NCBI GenBank assembly: GCA_050613775.1 | Contig: JBODTK010000016.1 | Coordinates: 62,001-126,000, forward strand | Length of the DNA stretch: 64,000 bases | From: Neocallimastix sp. 'constans' | Taxonomy: Eukaryota | Direction of reading: 5' to 3' | In this document: piece after piece, positions 28,654 to 45,004 of the stretch | Numbering within the stretch: the first letter of the stretch is position 1 | Layout of the letters: the number at the start of each line of letters is the position of its first letter | The notes under the pieces: model-generated | Told to the model about the DNA's origin: nothing | The model's database searches: none | What the model saw: only the letters and a program-made list of their open reading frames with translations | Made by a program: the position numbers and the translations under genes

Positions 28654-29144
28654 TATAATATAAATATATAAAAAAAAATGAATAATAAAATATAATTTAT
28701 ATTTTAATATTTTTTAATAATATTAAAATTTAAATAAATAACATTATTACCTTCAGCATCAGTATTTACAATAGTAATCAAGGTATTTGTTTCGATACGA
28801 GGTCCCACTTTTTTAATGGTATTATCAAAATTTTCATTGAATAAAATATCAATTCCATCATCCAATACGGTTATAGTAATAGAAGTACAGTGACAGTTTT
28901 CACCGTTAATGAAACCTTTTAATTTTTCATTTTCATTTTCAATAATTTCAACGATGTTAATAACTGTTTTATCAAAATTTGTTTTAAAGTCTTCATTTTC
29001 ATATAATTCAGCTAATAATTTTGATTCAAGAGTATTTAACTTTGATTCATAATTAGTATAAGAAGTAGTATCCTTAATAATTTCTAATAAACAACTAGTA
29101 TTGATTAAAAATTTTTTAGTACTTCCTTTAGATAAAACAGACAT
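24548..29144 (-). CDS. CAMK-group Ser/Thr kinase, PASK/PIM-like; 10 exons: 28751-29144, 28290-28363, 28127-28152, 27943-28003, 27670-27764, 27034-27354, 25672-25791, 25337-25346, 24974-25219, 24548-24657
   Basis: LGQGAFGFV, VIIKFIVRSNILRSSWMRD (PASK-like), IPSEIHIL, DLFEYID, HMDIKDENI, KLIDFGS, YS-APE, DIWSLGV, ERP..HPWL. All GT-AG junctions are phase-compatible; TAG at 24548-24550. Confidence 0.9.
24727..24843. repeat. (TAAATA)n hexanucleotide microsatellite in a kinase intron
   Basis: Direct tandem run of taaata. Confidence 0.9.
25890..26960. repeat. Compound minisatellite: core tagtagaatatgaatatatagtacagattga separated by variable (TAAAA)n, plus three ~90-bp units at the 5' side
   Basis: The core recurs about ten times between 26360 and 26950 with small variants. 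It lies within kinase intron 25792-27033. Confidence 0.9.
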
Positions 29145-31249
29145 TTTCGATATATATATATTCTTTTCTTTTGTTAATTATTTTTAAAAAAAACTTTTTT
29201 TGAATAAGTTGTTTTTATCTTTATTATCAATATTAAAAATAATTTCTATATTAATAAACTTTTTAATAAAAATAGTATTAATATAAATAGTATTAATTAT
29301 CTTTTAAATGAAATTAAAATAAAAAAAAAAATCCAAAAAAGAAATGATTAATAAGATATTATTTATTAATTTATAAATGATATTTTGAAATTAAATGTAT
29401 TCGAGTTATTTTAATTTAATGTTAATTAATAGAAATGTCTAATATAAAATAGTAATTGTATAAATAAAAATAAAGATAAAAAATTTTTATATTAAATTAA
29501 TTTATATAAAACAAAAGTAAATATAAATGAATTTTTATTATCTATTTATTCATTTATAATAAACCATTTCAAGTATAGTAAAGAAAAAAAAAAAATAAAA
29601 AATTTCTTTTTGTTTTGAAATATACAATTAATACTTATTATTTATTTCATCATTTATTTATTTGTTTATTATTATTTATTTTTTTACTTAATTATTATTT
29701 ATTTATTCATTTATTATTTATTATTATTTTTTTTCATCCTTAATTATCTACACATCATTTATTTATTTATTTATTATTTATACATTTATTTATAATGGAT
29801 AAATCTTAATTAAAATAAAAATAAAAAAAAAAAGTACATATATATATTAAATACTTACATATATACGTTTATATTCTATCAATTGAAATTAATTTTTAAT
29901 GAAATAAATTGAAAAGAGATAAAAAAATTGAAAATTTTATTTATTATTAATATATTGATAATATATTTATTTTTTTTTATCAACAATAAATATATATAGT
30001 TCAAAACTTTATTTATTATTAAAAAAATACCGAGAAAAAAAAACTACAAATATGGTTAAATTGAAAAATATATAAAAAAATTTTTATAAAAAAATTTTAT
30101 AAAATAAAAAAAAAAAAAGGCATAAATATATAATTAGATAAAAGTAAAAAATATAGAAAGATTAAATATAAATATAAATATTTATATATTTTTGTTGCTG
30201 TTGTTGTTTTTAATTAAAATAAAAATAATTAAGGATTATTGTAATAAATAAATAATTAATTAATTAATTAAGAAAATAATAATTCTTCATTTTCTTCTTT
30301 TCATATAGCAAAGAATTGTGAAAAGTAAAAAAAAAAAATAAAATTTTAAAAAATTATGTATATTTTATATATTTTATATTTTTATTTTTCTTATTTTTAT
30401 TTATATAATTTTTACATATTATTTTTTATTTGTATTTTTCTTAATAATAAATAAATAAATAATAAACAAATAAATAAATAAATAAATAATAAATAAATAA
30501 TAAATAAATAATAAATAAATAATAAATAAATAAATAAAATTTTCAATATAAAATTATTTATATTTTTTTAAACATCCAATAAAATTTTATATGAGAAAGT
30601 AATGATGGTGATGGTGATGATGATTAGAAGGTGGGTGAATTGTTTTTACAAAGAAATAATGAAATATTTAGATATTCAGATGTTTTATTAGGATAACAAT
30701 TAATAATTAACTAGAGTTTTATATAAAGGATATAATTTATATATAATTTCATATAAATTGCTTTTTTCATATAATAAATTTTATTTCATATAATAATTTT
30801 ATTTCATATAAATAATTTTTATTTTGTATGAATAGGATTATTTATATTTTCAAAAGTTTTATTGCTAAAGTATATAATTATAATATTATATAAGAATAAA
30901 TAAATGCTCTAAGCACTTGATTTTTAACATTTAATCTACTAAAGCAAAGTTATACAATAAAAATTTAAAAACTTAAAAAGTGGCTATTTTCAATAATTTG
31001 AATAAATTTATATATATAATATTATAATAACTATATTTATATATTTCTACTAAATAAATGAATATAAAATATTAGAATAATAGTATGGAAAAGTGGCAAA
31101 TATATATATATTATTATTATTTTAACTGAAATATATTAATATTTTATTATTATTTTAACTGAAATATATTAATATTTTATTATTATTTTAACTTAATACA
31201 TTATATATTTATATTATTATTATTTATTATTTATTATTTATATATTTAT

Positions 31250-31392
31250 ATTATTTATTATTATTTATTATTTATTATTTATTATTTATTATTTATTATT
31301 TATTATTTATTATTTATTATTTATTATTTATTATTTATTATTTATTATTTATTATTTATTATTTATTATTTATTATTTATTATTTATTATTT
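31250..31392. repeat. (TTATTAT)n-type heptamer tandem repeat
   Basis: Tandem ttatttattatttattat run. Confidence 0.8.
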
Positions 31393-31639
31393 TTTATTAT
31401 TATTATTATTATTATTCACTATTATTAATTTATAATTATAATTAATTATCAATATAATAAAAAAAATTTTTTTTTCAAGAAAGTTCTTTCAAACTTATAA
31501 TTATTATTAAAATGAATAGTTGAAACTTTATTTTTTAATAATTTATCCAATTTTTAAATAGTACATAAATTTTAATTATTATAATTAGCAATTAGCATAT
31601 TAGAAGATTAGAAGAACATGCAAAAAAAATATTAAAAAA

Positions 31640-32010
31640 ATAAAATAAAATAAAATAAAATAAAATAAAATAAAATAAAATAAAATAAAATAAAATAAAA
31701 TAAAATAAAATAAAAAGTAGAATATTAAATAAAAAAGTATAGATTGAATAAAATAAAATAAAATAAAATAAAATAAAATAAAATAAAATAAAATAAAATA
31801 AAATAAAATAAAATAAAATAAAATAAAATAAAATAAAATAAATAATTGACTTTAAATATAATGTACAGATTGAATAAAATAAAATAAAATAAAATAAAAT
31901 AAAATAAAATAAAATAAAATAAAATAAATAATTGACTTTAAATATAATGTACAGATTGAATAAAATAAAATAAAATAAAATAAAGTAAAATAAAATAAAA
32001 TAAAATTAAA
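31640..32010. repeat. Second array of the (TAAAA)n / gtacagattga compound repeat
   Basis: (TAAAA)n tracts interrupted by agtagaatatt...gtatagattga and twice by gactttaaatataatgtacagattga. Confidence 0.85.
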
Positions 32011-32266
32011 ATTTACAAATTCTCATGTTCTCTTGCTATTACAATTAAACTCTCAAAATTTTTAGTTTTTTTTTTTTTTTTATTTAATATGTTAGTTTGG
32101 ACTTTAACAAATCATTATTAAATAGTAATTATCTAATATCTAATGATTTTTTTTTTATTTCTTCTTTTCATTTTTTTTTTTAAAAAAAAATATAATATTA
32201 TTCATTGTTAATAATTCTTTTTACATTATTATTTTGTTTTAAATGAATAGAAAGAGAAAGAGAGAG

Positions 32267-32299
<33 letters not shown>

Positions 32300-32630
32300 A
32301 TAATAATACCATAATAAATTAATATTGAAAGGGGAAAATATTAATCATAAAAAGATAGGAAAAAAAAATTACAATAATACTATATATAATTATATACAGA
32401 CATTAAGATATTAGATATTGAAATATATTATGATTATGAAATATTATGATTATGAAATATATTATGATTATGGAATATATTATGATTATGGAATATACAA
32501 TTTAATACTGAAAAAAAAATTTTTTTTTTCTTGTTCTTTGTTTTATAATTTATTATTATTATTATTATTATTATTTATTTTATTTATTTTTTTATTTTTT
32601 TTTTATTTTTTTTTTTTATTTTTTTTCCCC

Positions 32631-35584
<2,954 letters not shown>

Positions 35585-35662
35585 TATATTTAAGGATTTA
35601 ATTATAAAAATCTAAGCAGTATAAAGTGTTTATTAAATATTACTGTTATTATGTACTATGAC

Positions 35663-35710
<48 letters not shown>

Positions 35711-35953
35711 AGTAATTATTATTAATAGCTATACAATTAATTTTGTTTTTAAAGGCTTTTAATATCATTAATACTTCGGTATATATATATATATATATAG
35801 ATTAATATATATATTAAGTTTTTATTATTAATATTATTATATTAGGATATGTATTTTTTTTTTTTTAAAAAAAAATTATTTAAACATTAAATATTATAAT
35901 ATGGTATTTATTAAAAAAAGAATAAAAAATAAAAAAATGTAATATATATTATT

Positions 35954-36012
<59 letters not shown>

Positions 36013-36436
36013 ATGTAAATATATATTTATTTTAATCCAATTAAGTAAAAAAATGAACTAATTATAGTGTATAGTATGTAATGATTTTATATATATATTG
36101 TGTATATATTGTTTATTTGATTTATTATAGTTTTATTTATTTTAGTAATTTGTTGTTTAAAAATTTATAAGAAAAAAAAGAAGAAAATTCTTTCCTTTTA
36201 TCATTACAAATTACTTCCTGTCTTTTCTTTATAAATAAATTATATATTAAATGTTAATAAAATATTTATAATAATAATAAAAAGATTAGTTACAATTCTT
36301 TTTAATATTAATACTAATAGAACGAACATATTTCAAATTAAAATTTAAAGAATAGATATATATGTTTATATTAAGAAATTTTAAAAATTTAAATCTTTAC
36401 GTTTCTAATTAATATTTTATATATTGAAGATATATA

Positions 36437-36552
36437 ATACATACTTGAAATTAAAAATTTTATATTTTGATGATATGATACATACATGAAAATAAAATTT
36501 TATACTTTGATGATGATACATACATGAAATTAATATTTTATTTTATACTTTT
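36437..36552. repeat. ~40-bp imperfect tandem repeat, about 3 units
   Basis: atacatac(a/t)tgaaa...ttttata(c/t)tttgatgat recurs three times. Confidence 0.7.
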
Positions 36553-37099
36553 GTCTTTAAAAAAGCAATATATATACAAAATAATGTTGCATATATTACT
36601 ATTTAAAAAATTTATACAAATTATAAATAAATAATGATAATGATTATGAAATCAGAAATTTCTTAATATATAAATAATGTACATAGAAATCTATAATTTA
36701 ATTTTATATTATTATTTCCATAATATAATATAACGTTATCAGTAAACTTTAAATTATATATAACAAAATAAGTAAAAAAAAATAAAAAAATTAATGTAAT
36801 ATAATTAATGTTTAAATGAAATAAATAGTACTTACTGATTATAAATTATTATAATTAGATTTCAACATTTCATAAAAGTTTATATAAATATTTTATTAAT
36901 AAAGCTAATTCATATATATAACTTTTTTAATATTATGTACTTTATTTTTTTTATTATTATTATTATTATGAATTACTACTTTTATTTTTTTATTTTTAAT
37001 TTAATTTATTTTTATTGATTATTTATTTAATTCTTTTTTAAAATCTTATGTAATTACAAATAAATATGAATATTTAAAATTTTTCTTTCTTTCTTTCTT

Positions 37100-37144
<45 letters not shown>

Positions 37145-37147
37145 ATA

Positions 37148-37182
<35 letters not shown>

Positions 37183-38928
37183 GAACCGGTCTTCTTATTT
37201 TTTTTATTAATAAATATTTAATATAAATCTGAAATAATTAAAAAAAAAAAAAAAAAAAAAAAAAATTCATCATACATTTAATTATTAATTTATATATTTT
37301 TATATTTAATTAAATTCTATATTTATATTAATTTGAATGCTATACATATTTGTACATAATGAAACATATTTAAATGAGTTCCATATATATATAAATTTTA
37401 TATTTATTTTATCATATCATCTATCTTTAAAAAATTAAAAAATTAGATATAAATAAAATTGATATGTATATTTTATATATTTATGTTTTTTTTTTTTCTT
37501 GTATGTAAGAAAAATAAGTATAAAATAAAAGTAAAAAAAAAATTAGAGTTTTAATAAGATTCTCTTAATATATATAATATATATTTATATTTATATCTAA
37601 TCTAACTATAACTTTAAATTTATAAAATGAATAAAATTGTTTGGTAAAGAATAAAAAATATATTTTAAAAGAAATTTAAAATTAAAAAAATTAAAAAGAA
37701 TACTTTTATATATATATATAATATTTATTCATCTTTACATCATTATATCAAATAATAATAATAAATATAATGAATAACAAAATAAAGATTTCTTTTCAAA
37801 CTATAATTAATTTATTGAAAATAAAAAATAAAATATATATAATATATGTACATATTTATTTAAAGAAAAAAAATCAACTTATAATAGGTCTATTCAATTA
37901 TTTAATAATAAATATTTTATATAAGTGAAAAATAGTTTTTATTTTTTCAACTATTAGAATTTTAGAATTTGTAAAATTAAATATAAATATAATAATAGTA
38001 AAATAATAATTAGTGATAAATAGATGAGTTATTCTCATGAATTAAGGAAGGAATGATGCCTCTTTTCAATATATTGTAATATTCCAATTTGAGTTAGAGT
38101 TTATAATATTAATTGATTTAAATTATATTGTAATAAGGTTTTAAATTTACATTGAATAATTTTTCTTCTAATAATTATCTTTTTCTATGGAAATATAAAA
38201 AACTTGTTAAAATGATGATAGATTAGTACTTTTTAAAAGGTTGTAGTTAACTTACTACTACTACTATTATTATTATTATTATTATTATTTTTTTTTTTTC
38301 ATTGGTATTCCAGTTTTCCCAACCATAATCATTGATTTTTGCTCAATTATAAAGCAAATTTATGCTATTATATAACAATTTAATTATTAAAGTTACCAAA
38401 AATATTTCTTATTAATTAATTATTTAACTTAATATATAACCATTGTATATTAAAATATATTATGATTTTAATTGGGTCATGGCTTTTGAAAAATTTTATT
38501 AAAATATAAATAACCTTTCATAAAAAAAAATTTTTTATTTTTTTTTTACTATTAACATAAAAGGAAATATATAATAAATTACGAAATTAAAATTTTCCTT
38601 CTTACTGAATATAATCTAAAAAAAAGAATGAAGTGGTTACAAAAATCACATGATATAAATTTATGTATTCATAACATAATTTAATTATTAGAAAATTAAA
38701 ATAAATTAAAAAAAAAAAGATTACTAATTTTAAACAAATATATTTTAAGAAAACAGAATCATAAAAATAAAATATTATAATTTAAAGTATTTCATGTGGT
38801 TTGTCAAAATAAAAATAACAATAAAAAGTAAATGTAAAATTTAATTTACAAATACTTATATACACTTTTTATATCTTAAAAAATAATAGCATTTTCTTTA
38901 ATTATTTTTTATTAATTAAAAATAAAAA

Positions 38929-39094
38929 AAAATAATAAATAAATCAATTTAAAAGTGAGAATGAGAAAATATGTTATATCAGTTATAATAATTTTTTTTA
39001 TAACTGATATAACATATTTTCTAAAATAATAAATAAATCAATTTAAAAGTGAGAATGAGAAAATATGTTATATCAGTTATAATAATTTTTTTTA
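38929..39094. repeat. 72-bp direct duplication separated by an inverted 25-bp copy (perfect hairpin)
   Basis: 38929-39000 equals 39023-39094. Arm 38964-38988 is the exact reverse complement of 38998-39022. Confidence 0.9.
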
Positions 39095-40238
39095 TTACTC
39101 AGCATTCATTCATCATAAGGTGTATAAATGAAATATATTGAACATATATTATAATTAAATGGAGTCAATTCTATTATAAAACATCATGGAATATACCTTT
39201 TAGTTACCAATGAATAGCTTTTTAGACTAGTTATTAATTATTTCTTTTGTTTAACCTTTAATGAATTTAATTAAAAAAAAATTTTTTTTTTATAGATATA
39301 TTTCTAAAATTATAGTTTCAACATGTTCAAAAAAAGGAAATTCTTAAAAATAGTCTAAAAGATAATAAATTGATCATTATTTTTATTATTTTAATTTAAA
39401 TTTTTAATTTATATTTAAATTAAAATTATTTAATATGCCTATTATTATTATTATTATTTATTTTTTAATTATGATATAAAGAAAAAAAAAATATTTCTTT
39501 TATTTATTCATAATTAATAAGTTCTAAACTTTATTAATTATTGAAAAAAAAAAAAACATGAAATAATAGTTAAAATAATAAAATTATTTTTTATTAATAA
39601 GAAATAATTTTGTTATATTATCAACCGAAAAATAATGAATAATAAATATTAAATAAAAAATATATAATCAATTTAAATAGATGATTGATCATCAGCAATA
39701 TTTTAATAATTATTAATAATATAAATTATATATAGTAATAAAAAAAATAAAAACTAATTATAATTAATCATCCTCTATCAATTTTAATTATAAAATTTTA
39801 AAGTTTTTAAAAAATTATATTTTTGGTAATATTATAATATTTAATATAATACTAGACGCATTTCGTTGTAATTGGAATTTTTTATTAGTATTTTTTTTTT
39901 TTTTTTTTTTTTTAATTTTGAACTAAACTTTTTCTTTTTTATAATGTTATTTATCTCTCTGGATTATCAACTTTAAAATATAAATTTTATCATACTTTCT
40001 TAAAGCAATAATAATTATTTGATCTGCCCTACCAGAATTCAAATAATGATGATCACTCTATTATTTCATTTTATTTTATTTTTTAGTATTCTTCTGAATT
40101 AATTAAAAAATAATTAAAAAAATTTTTTTATATTACCTTCCAAATATAGAAATATGTAAAGAATTAATGTGAAATAAAAAAAAAAATTTTTTTTCTATAA
40201 AATAAAAATATATTAATGAAATGGTATAATGAAAATTA

Positions 40239-40305
<67 letters not shown>

Positions 40306-40787
40306 ATTATCAAGTAATGAATGAATGAATAAATAATACTTTAAAACATAAAATTATTAATACCCATATAATGAATAATACATTTATCAATGATAAAAAA
40401 GGAATTATTTTATATAATTTTATACATTAATAATGAATAATAATAATATAATAAAAATAAATAAATAATAATAGTAATAATAATAATACACATAACTATT
40501 CTATAGTGATATTCATTTCATTTAATTTTTAAATATTTAATAGTGGAATTTCTTTTAAAAAAAAATTATCTTGATATAATAATAATCCTTTTTTTTAAAT
40601 TATCATAAAGATAAGAGAAAAAAAGAAAGAAAAAAAAGAAAAAGCCTTTTTCTAAAATAAAAAAAAATATATTGTATAATATAATATTATAAAGACAAAT
40701 ATAAACTATTAATTTAAATAGATATAATTAATATAAATAAAAATAATTAATATGAATAAAATAATTAATATGAATAAATATAATTAA

Positions 40788-40818
<31 letters not shown>

Positions 40819-41948
40819 ACTCAATATAATTTTTTAAATTAGTCATACAGTTTTTATTTATTTATATAGATAAAATGTATTATTTTAATATTAATTACTT
40901 TGATATTATTATTCATTTATTATTTATATATTTGTATATATAGTTTAAATTTTTGATTATATATATAAATGCATATATTATTATTGTTTATTATATATAT
41001 AAATGCATTTATTATTATTTTAATATATATTGATATTTTATTTTAGCTTAATTTTTTTTTTTTTTTTTTTAACCGGAAGCTAATCTTTGGTACTTCTGTA
41101 TTTATGTACAATTAAAGAAAGAAAGAACTGAACCTATTCAAATGATAGAAAAACAGAAAAATGTATGGAAAGTAGATATATATATATAGAAAAAATATAC
41201 ATAATAAATTTTATAAGCCGTATTTTTCTTTATTTATATTTTTAATAATAATCTTTTATCATCACATCACTTCTTAATAGATATCAATTCAAAAACTTTT
41301 ATAATATTCATATATATATTTTATATATTTATATATACATTTTACTGATAATGCATTAATAAATTTTTTATTTTATTATATTTTATTTTAAATTGTGTAT
41401 TTTTTTATTTTTATATCCTTTCTATATATATATTTTATTATTATAGCTTTTTTATATTTTTATATTTTTTTTTTTTTTATATTTAAATATACAATGATAA
41501 TAATAATAATAATAAGAATTAGAATTATGAAAAGAATATTAAATACTTATTTTTTATATTTCTTTTTATCAAGTACAGATATAAGATATATGACAAATAT
41601 TTAAAAAATGGCCTTTTTTTTTTTTATTATTATTTACGTATATATAAATGTAGAAATATTTTTAATTGAGTTTATATAAAAATAATTTATAAATAAAAAT
41701 TTTTTATAGATCGATATTGGTTAATAGCTTTTTTTTATTTTTATTTTATTTTATTTTTTTTTGTTGTTGTTAAATGTTAAAGGATTAATACAACATTAAT
41801 CATTCGAAAATTAAAAATTTGAGATAAAATAATTAAGTATAATCAATAATTCAATAATTAATAAATATCTTTTTTTTTTTTTTCTGTATAGCAATATTTT
41901 TTGATTTAAATATTTAAATAGGTATAGTTATATAGAATAATTAATAGA

Positions 41949-41984
<36 letters not shown>

Positions 41985-42907
41985 TAGTTCATCTCTGTAT
42001 ATAATAAAAAGATGTTCTATCAAATTATATTATATAACTTTTTTTTTTTTTTTGAACTAAAAGCAATGAAACTTTAAAATTCTATTCTTTTTTTTATAAT
42101 TTTTAATCATCTTTTTTTATCTATTAATTAAAAAAAAAAAAAAAAATAAATGAATATATAAATTTAGCATTTTTTTAAATTTAATAAAGAGAAAAAAAGG
42201 CTTATTAAAATTGATTATTATTTAAACTTGAATATTCACTGATTTAATAATTATTTATCAAAGTTTAATTAAATTTTTTTTTTTTTATATATATTTACAT
42301 TACATTAATACGTTTATTCATTACCATATTTGGTAAAAACATTTTATAAATTAATATTTATTTTACATATAAATAAATATTTTTTTCTATTTTTAAATCA
42401 AATTTTAAATTATTATATTTAAATCATTTTTTTAATTATTTACTCCATCTTACTTCCAATCATGATGAATAATCTATTTCATATATTACTTTATTAATTA
42501 CATTTTAAATTACATTTTAAATTATATAAATATCGTAAATTATATTTCTAATTACATTTTTAATTACATTTTTAATTACATTATTTTATATTACATTTTT
42601 AATTACATTTTTTACTTTTTGTAAAAATATTTTATTTAATTTTTCTATATCCCTTTATTAATTTATATATTTAATTATTATATTGAATTGATAATATGTT
42701 TCGACATAAAAAAAAAAAAGATAAATAGAAGCCTTATTAGAAAAGGCTTTAAAAAAAAATAATATAATATTGAGTTTAATAATAATAATATTAATAAGCA
42801 TTAATTACATTACTTTTTGTTTTTCTTGTGCTGATTCTTTAAATTCTTTAAAAGTTTAACTTGTAAAAGTTATTATATTTATATGATAAATAATACTAAA
42901 TAAATAC

Positions 42908-43170
42908 TAAATAAATAATAAATAATAAATAATAAATAATAAATAATAAATAATAAATAATAAATAATAAATAATAAATAATAAATAATAAATAATAAAT
43001 AATAAATAATAAATAATAAATAATAAATAATAAATAATAAATAATAAATAATAAATAATAAATAATAAATAAATAATAAATAATAAATAATAAATAATAA
43101 ATAATAAATAATAAATAATAAATAATAAATAATAAATAAATAAATAATAAATAAATAAATAATAAATAAT
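42908..43170. repeat. (AATAAAT)n heptamer tandem repeat
   Basis: Long tandem aataaat run; it produces the spurious LLFIIYY ORF on the minus strand. Confidence 0.9.
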
Positions 43171-44951
43171 GATGGATAAATAATAAATATTATAATTTTA
43201 ATTAAACTTATGTAATTAATTATCATCAACTGTATGGCTTTTACTTTTGTTTTTTTAATCTTTTTTTATTAACATTTTTGATGATGACTAAAATTATTAT
43301 ATATATTATATATTTATAATATATATATTTCATACATATTGCAATATATAACACATAATAAAATAATTTGTGATACAATAAAATATATATTACTATATAT
43401 TACTATATATTATTAATATATTACTTTTATTTTATTTATTTGTATTACCTATAAATTCTATATGAATAAATTTATCTTTTTTTTAATAGAACTATAATAG
43501 TAGAATATATAATATAATAATTTGTCAGTTTATAAATATATTAAATTTTATTCATAATATATTTTACTTGTATTCCATGTACTATAAAAAACAAAAGGCG
43601 AAGAAGAGAGAAAAAAAAAAAATAATAATTAAAAAATGATATATAAAAATAAAAAATGTATTAAATTTTTAATTTTTTAAAACAAAAAACTAAAATAAAA
43701 ATAAATAAAATAAGAAGTTAATAAAAATTTTGAAAATAAATAAGAAATAAGAAATAATAAAATAATAAAAAAACATAATTTAAATTAAATAATTAAAATA
43801 AAAGTTTAAGTAAAAGAAAACAATAAAATATAAAATAATTTTTTTTATATTTTAAATGGATTGTTTTATTTCCTTTCTTTATAAAAGCGTAAGCTAAAAG
43901 CAATAAAGAAGAAAACAGGAAAATTAAAAAAAAAAGAAAATCAAATTATTATTAACAATAATAAAATAAAATAAAAGTATTAAATTAAGTGACAAAAATA
44001 ATAACTAGTTTATTATAAGAAAAGTAATAATTCATTATTATACTCTAAAGCAAATGTTTTATGTTTGTTAATAATAAAAAATAAATAACAATAAATTAAA
44101 AAATTGTAATAAATAAGTATTAATAAAAATATAATAATAAAACAATAATTAAAAAATAATAAGATAAAAAATACAAGAAAAGTAAAACAATTTTAATATA
44201 TAAACGTAAACTATTTCATAAAAAGGAAAAAGAATTATTTTTTTAATTTTTATTTTTTAAAAGTATTATCCATAATCAAATTAACAATACGACTAAATAT
44301 TAAAGTTATAAAACTTTTCCTTTTTTTTTTATTTATATATATAATTTTTATTTTTTTCTTGTAAAATTTTTATTTTTTTTTCCAATATATATATATTTTA
44401 TAACTATTTTTTTTTCTTTAAAAAGGATTTTTTTCTTATAATATATATTACTGTATTTTTTTATTTTTACAAATTTAATAAAAAGTTTAAAAATATTTTC
44501 GAGTAATTAAAGTAAAAATAAGAAAGAAAAAAGAAAAAATAAATAATATTAAATAACTTTTGCCTATTATATGCCTATTATATAAGAAAAATAATTATTA
44601 TGTATATATTAAAAGTATAATATTTTTTTATAAAAGAAATTTTATTAAAAAAATAATTATTTATACTTCAAATACATAATTATATATATACATGTTGAAT
44701 TTATATAAATATAAATTAACAGTTGAAATCTAAAAAATAAATAATAAAACAAAAAACGAAAAATAATAATAAGCAAAATAAAATAATTAAATTTAAATAA
44801 TTATTTAATATACAAACTAAAACTTGTTAATAATTAAAACTTAATAATAAGAACCAATTAAATAATTCAAATATAATCTATATTATACATATATATATAT
44901 TTTTTAAAAAAATATTATTAATTCTTTTTTTCATATATAAATAATTACTAT

Positions 44952-44994
<43 letters not shown>

Positions 44995-45004
44995 AAACAA
45001 AAAA

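Noticed and set aside
38030..41120. Scattered GC-richer patches that might be exons between the NPP and SamB genes
   Set aside because: I could not assemble a phase-consistent gene or recognise any motif, and stops are present.
42879..43229. 116-aa LLFIIYY repeat ORF
   Set aside because: It is a translation of a heptamer microsatellite. The same applies to the F/I/Y/K-rich ORFs at 6086, 8186, 25846, 35184, 41395, 47268, 48207 and 48257.
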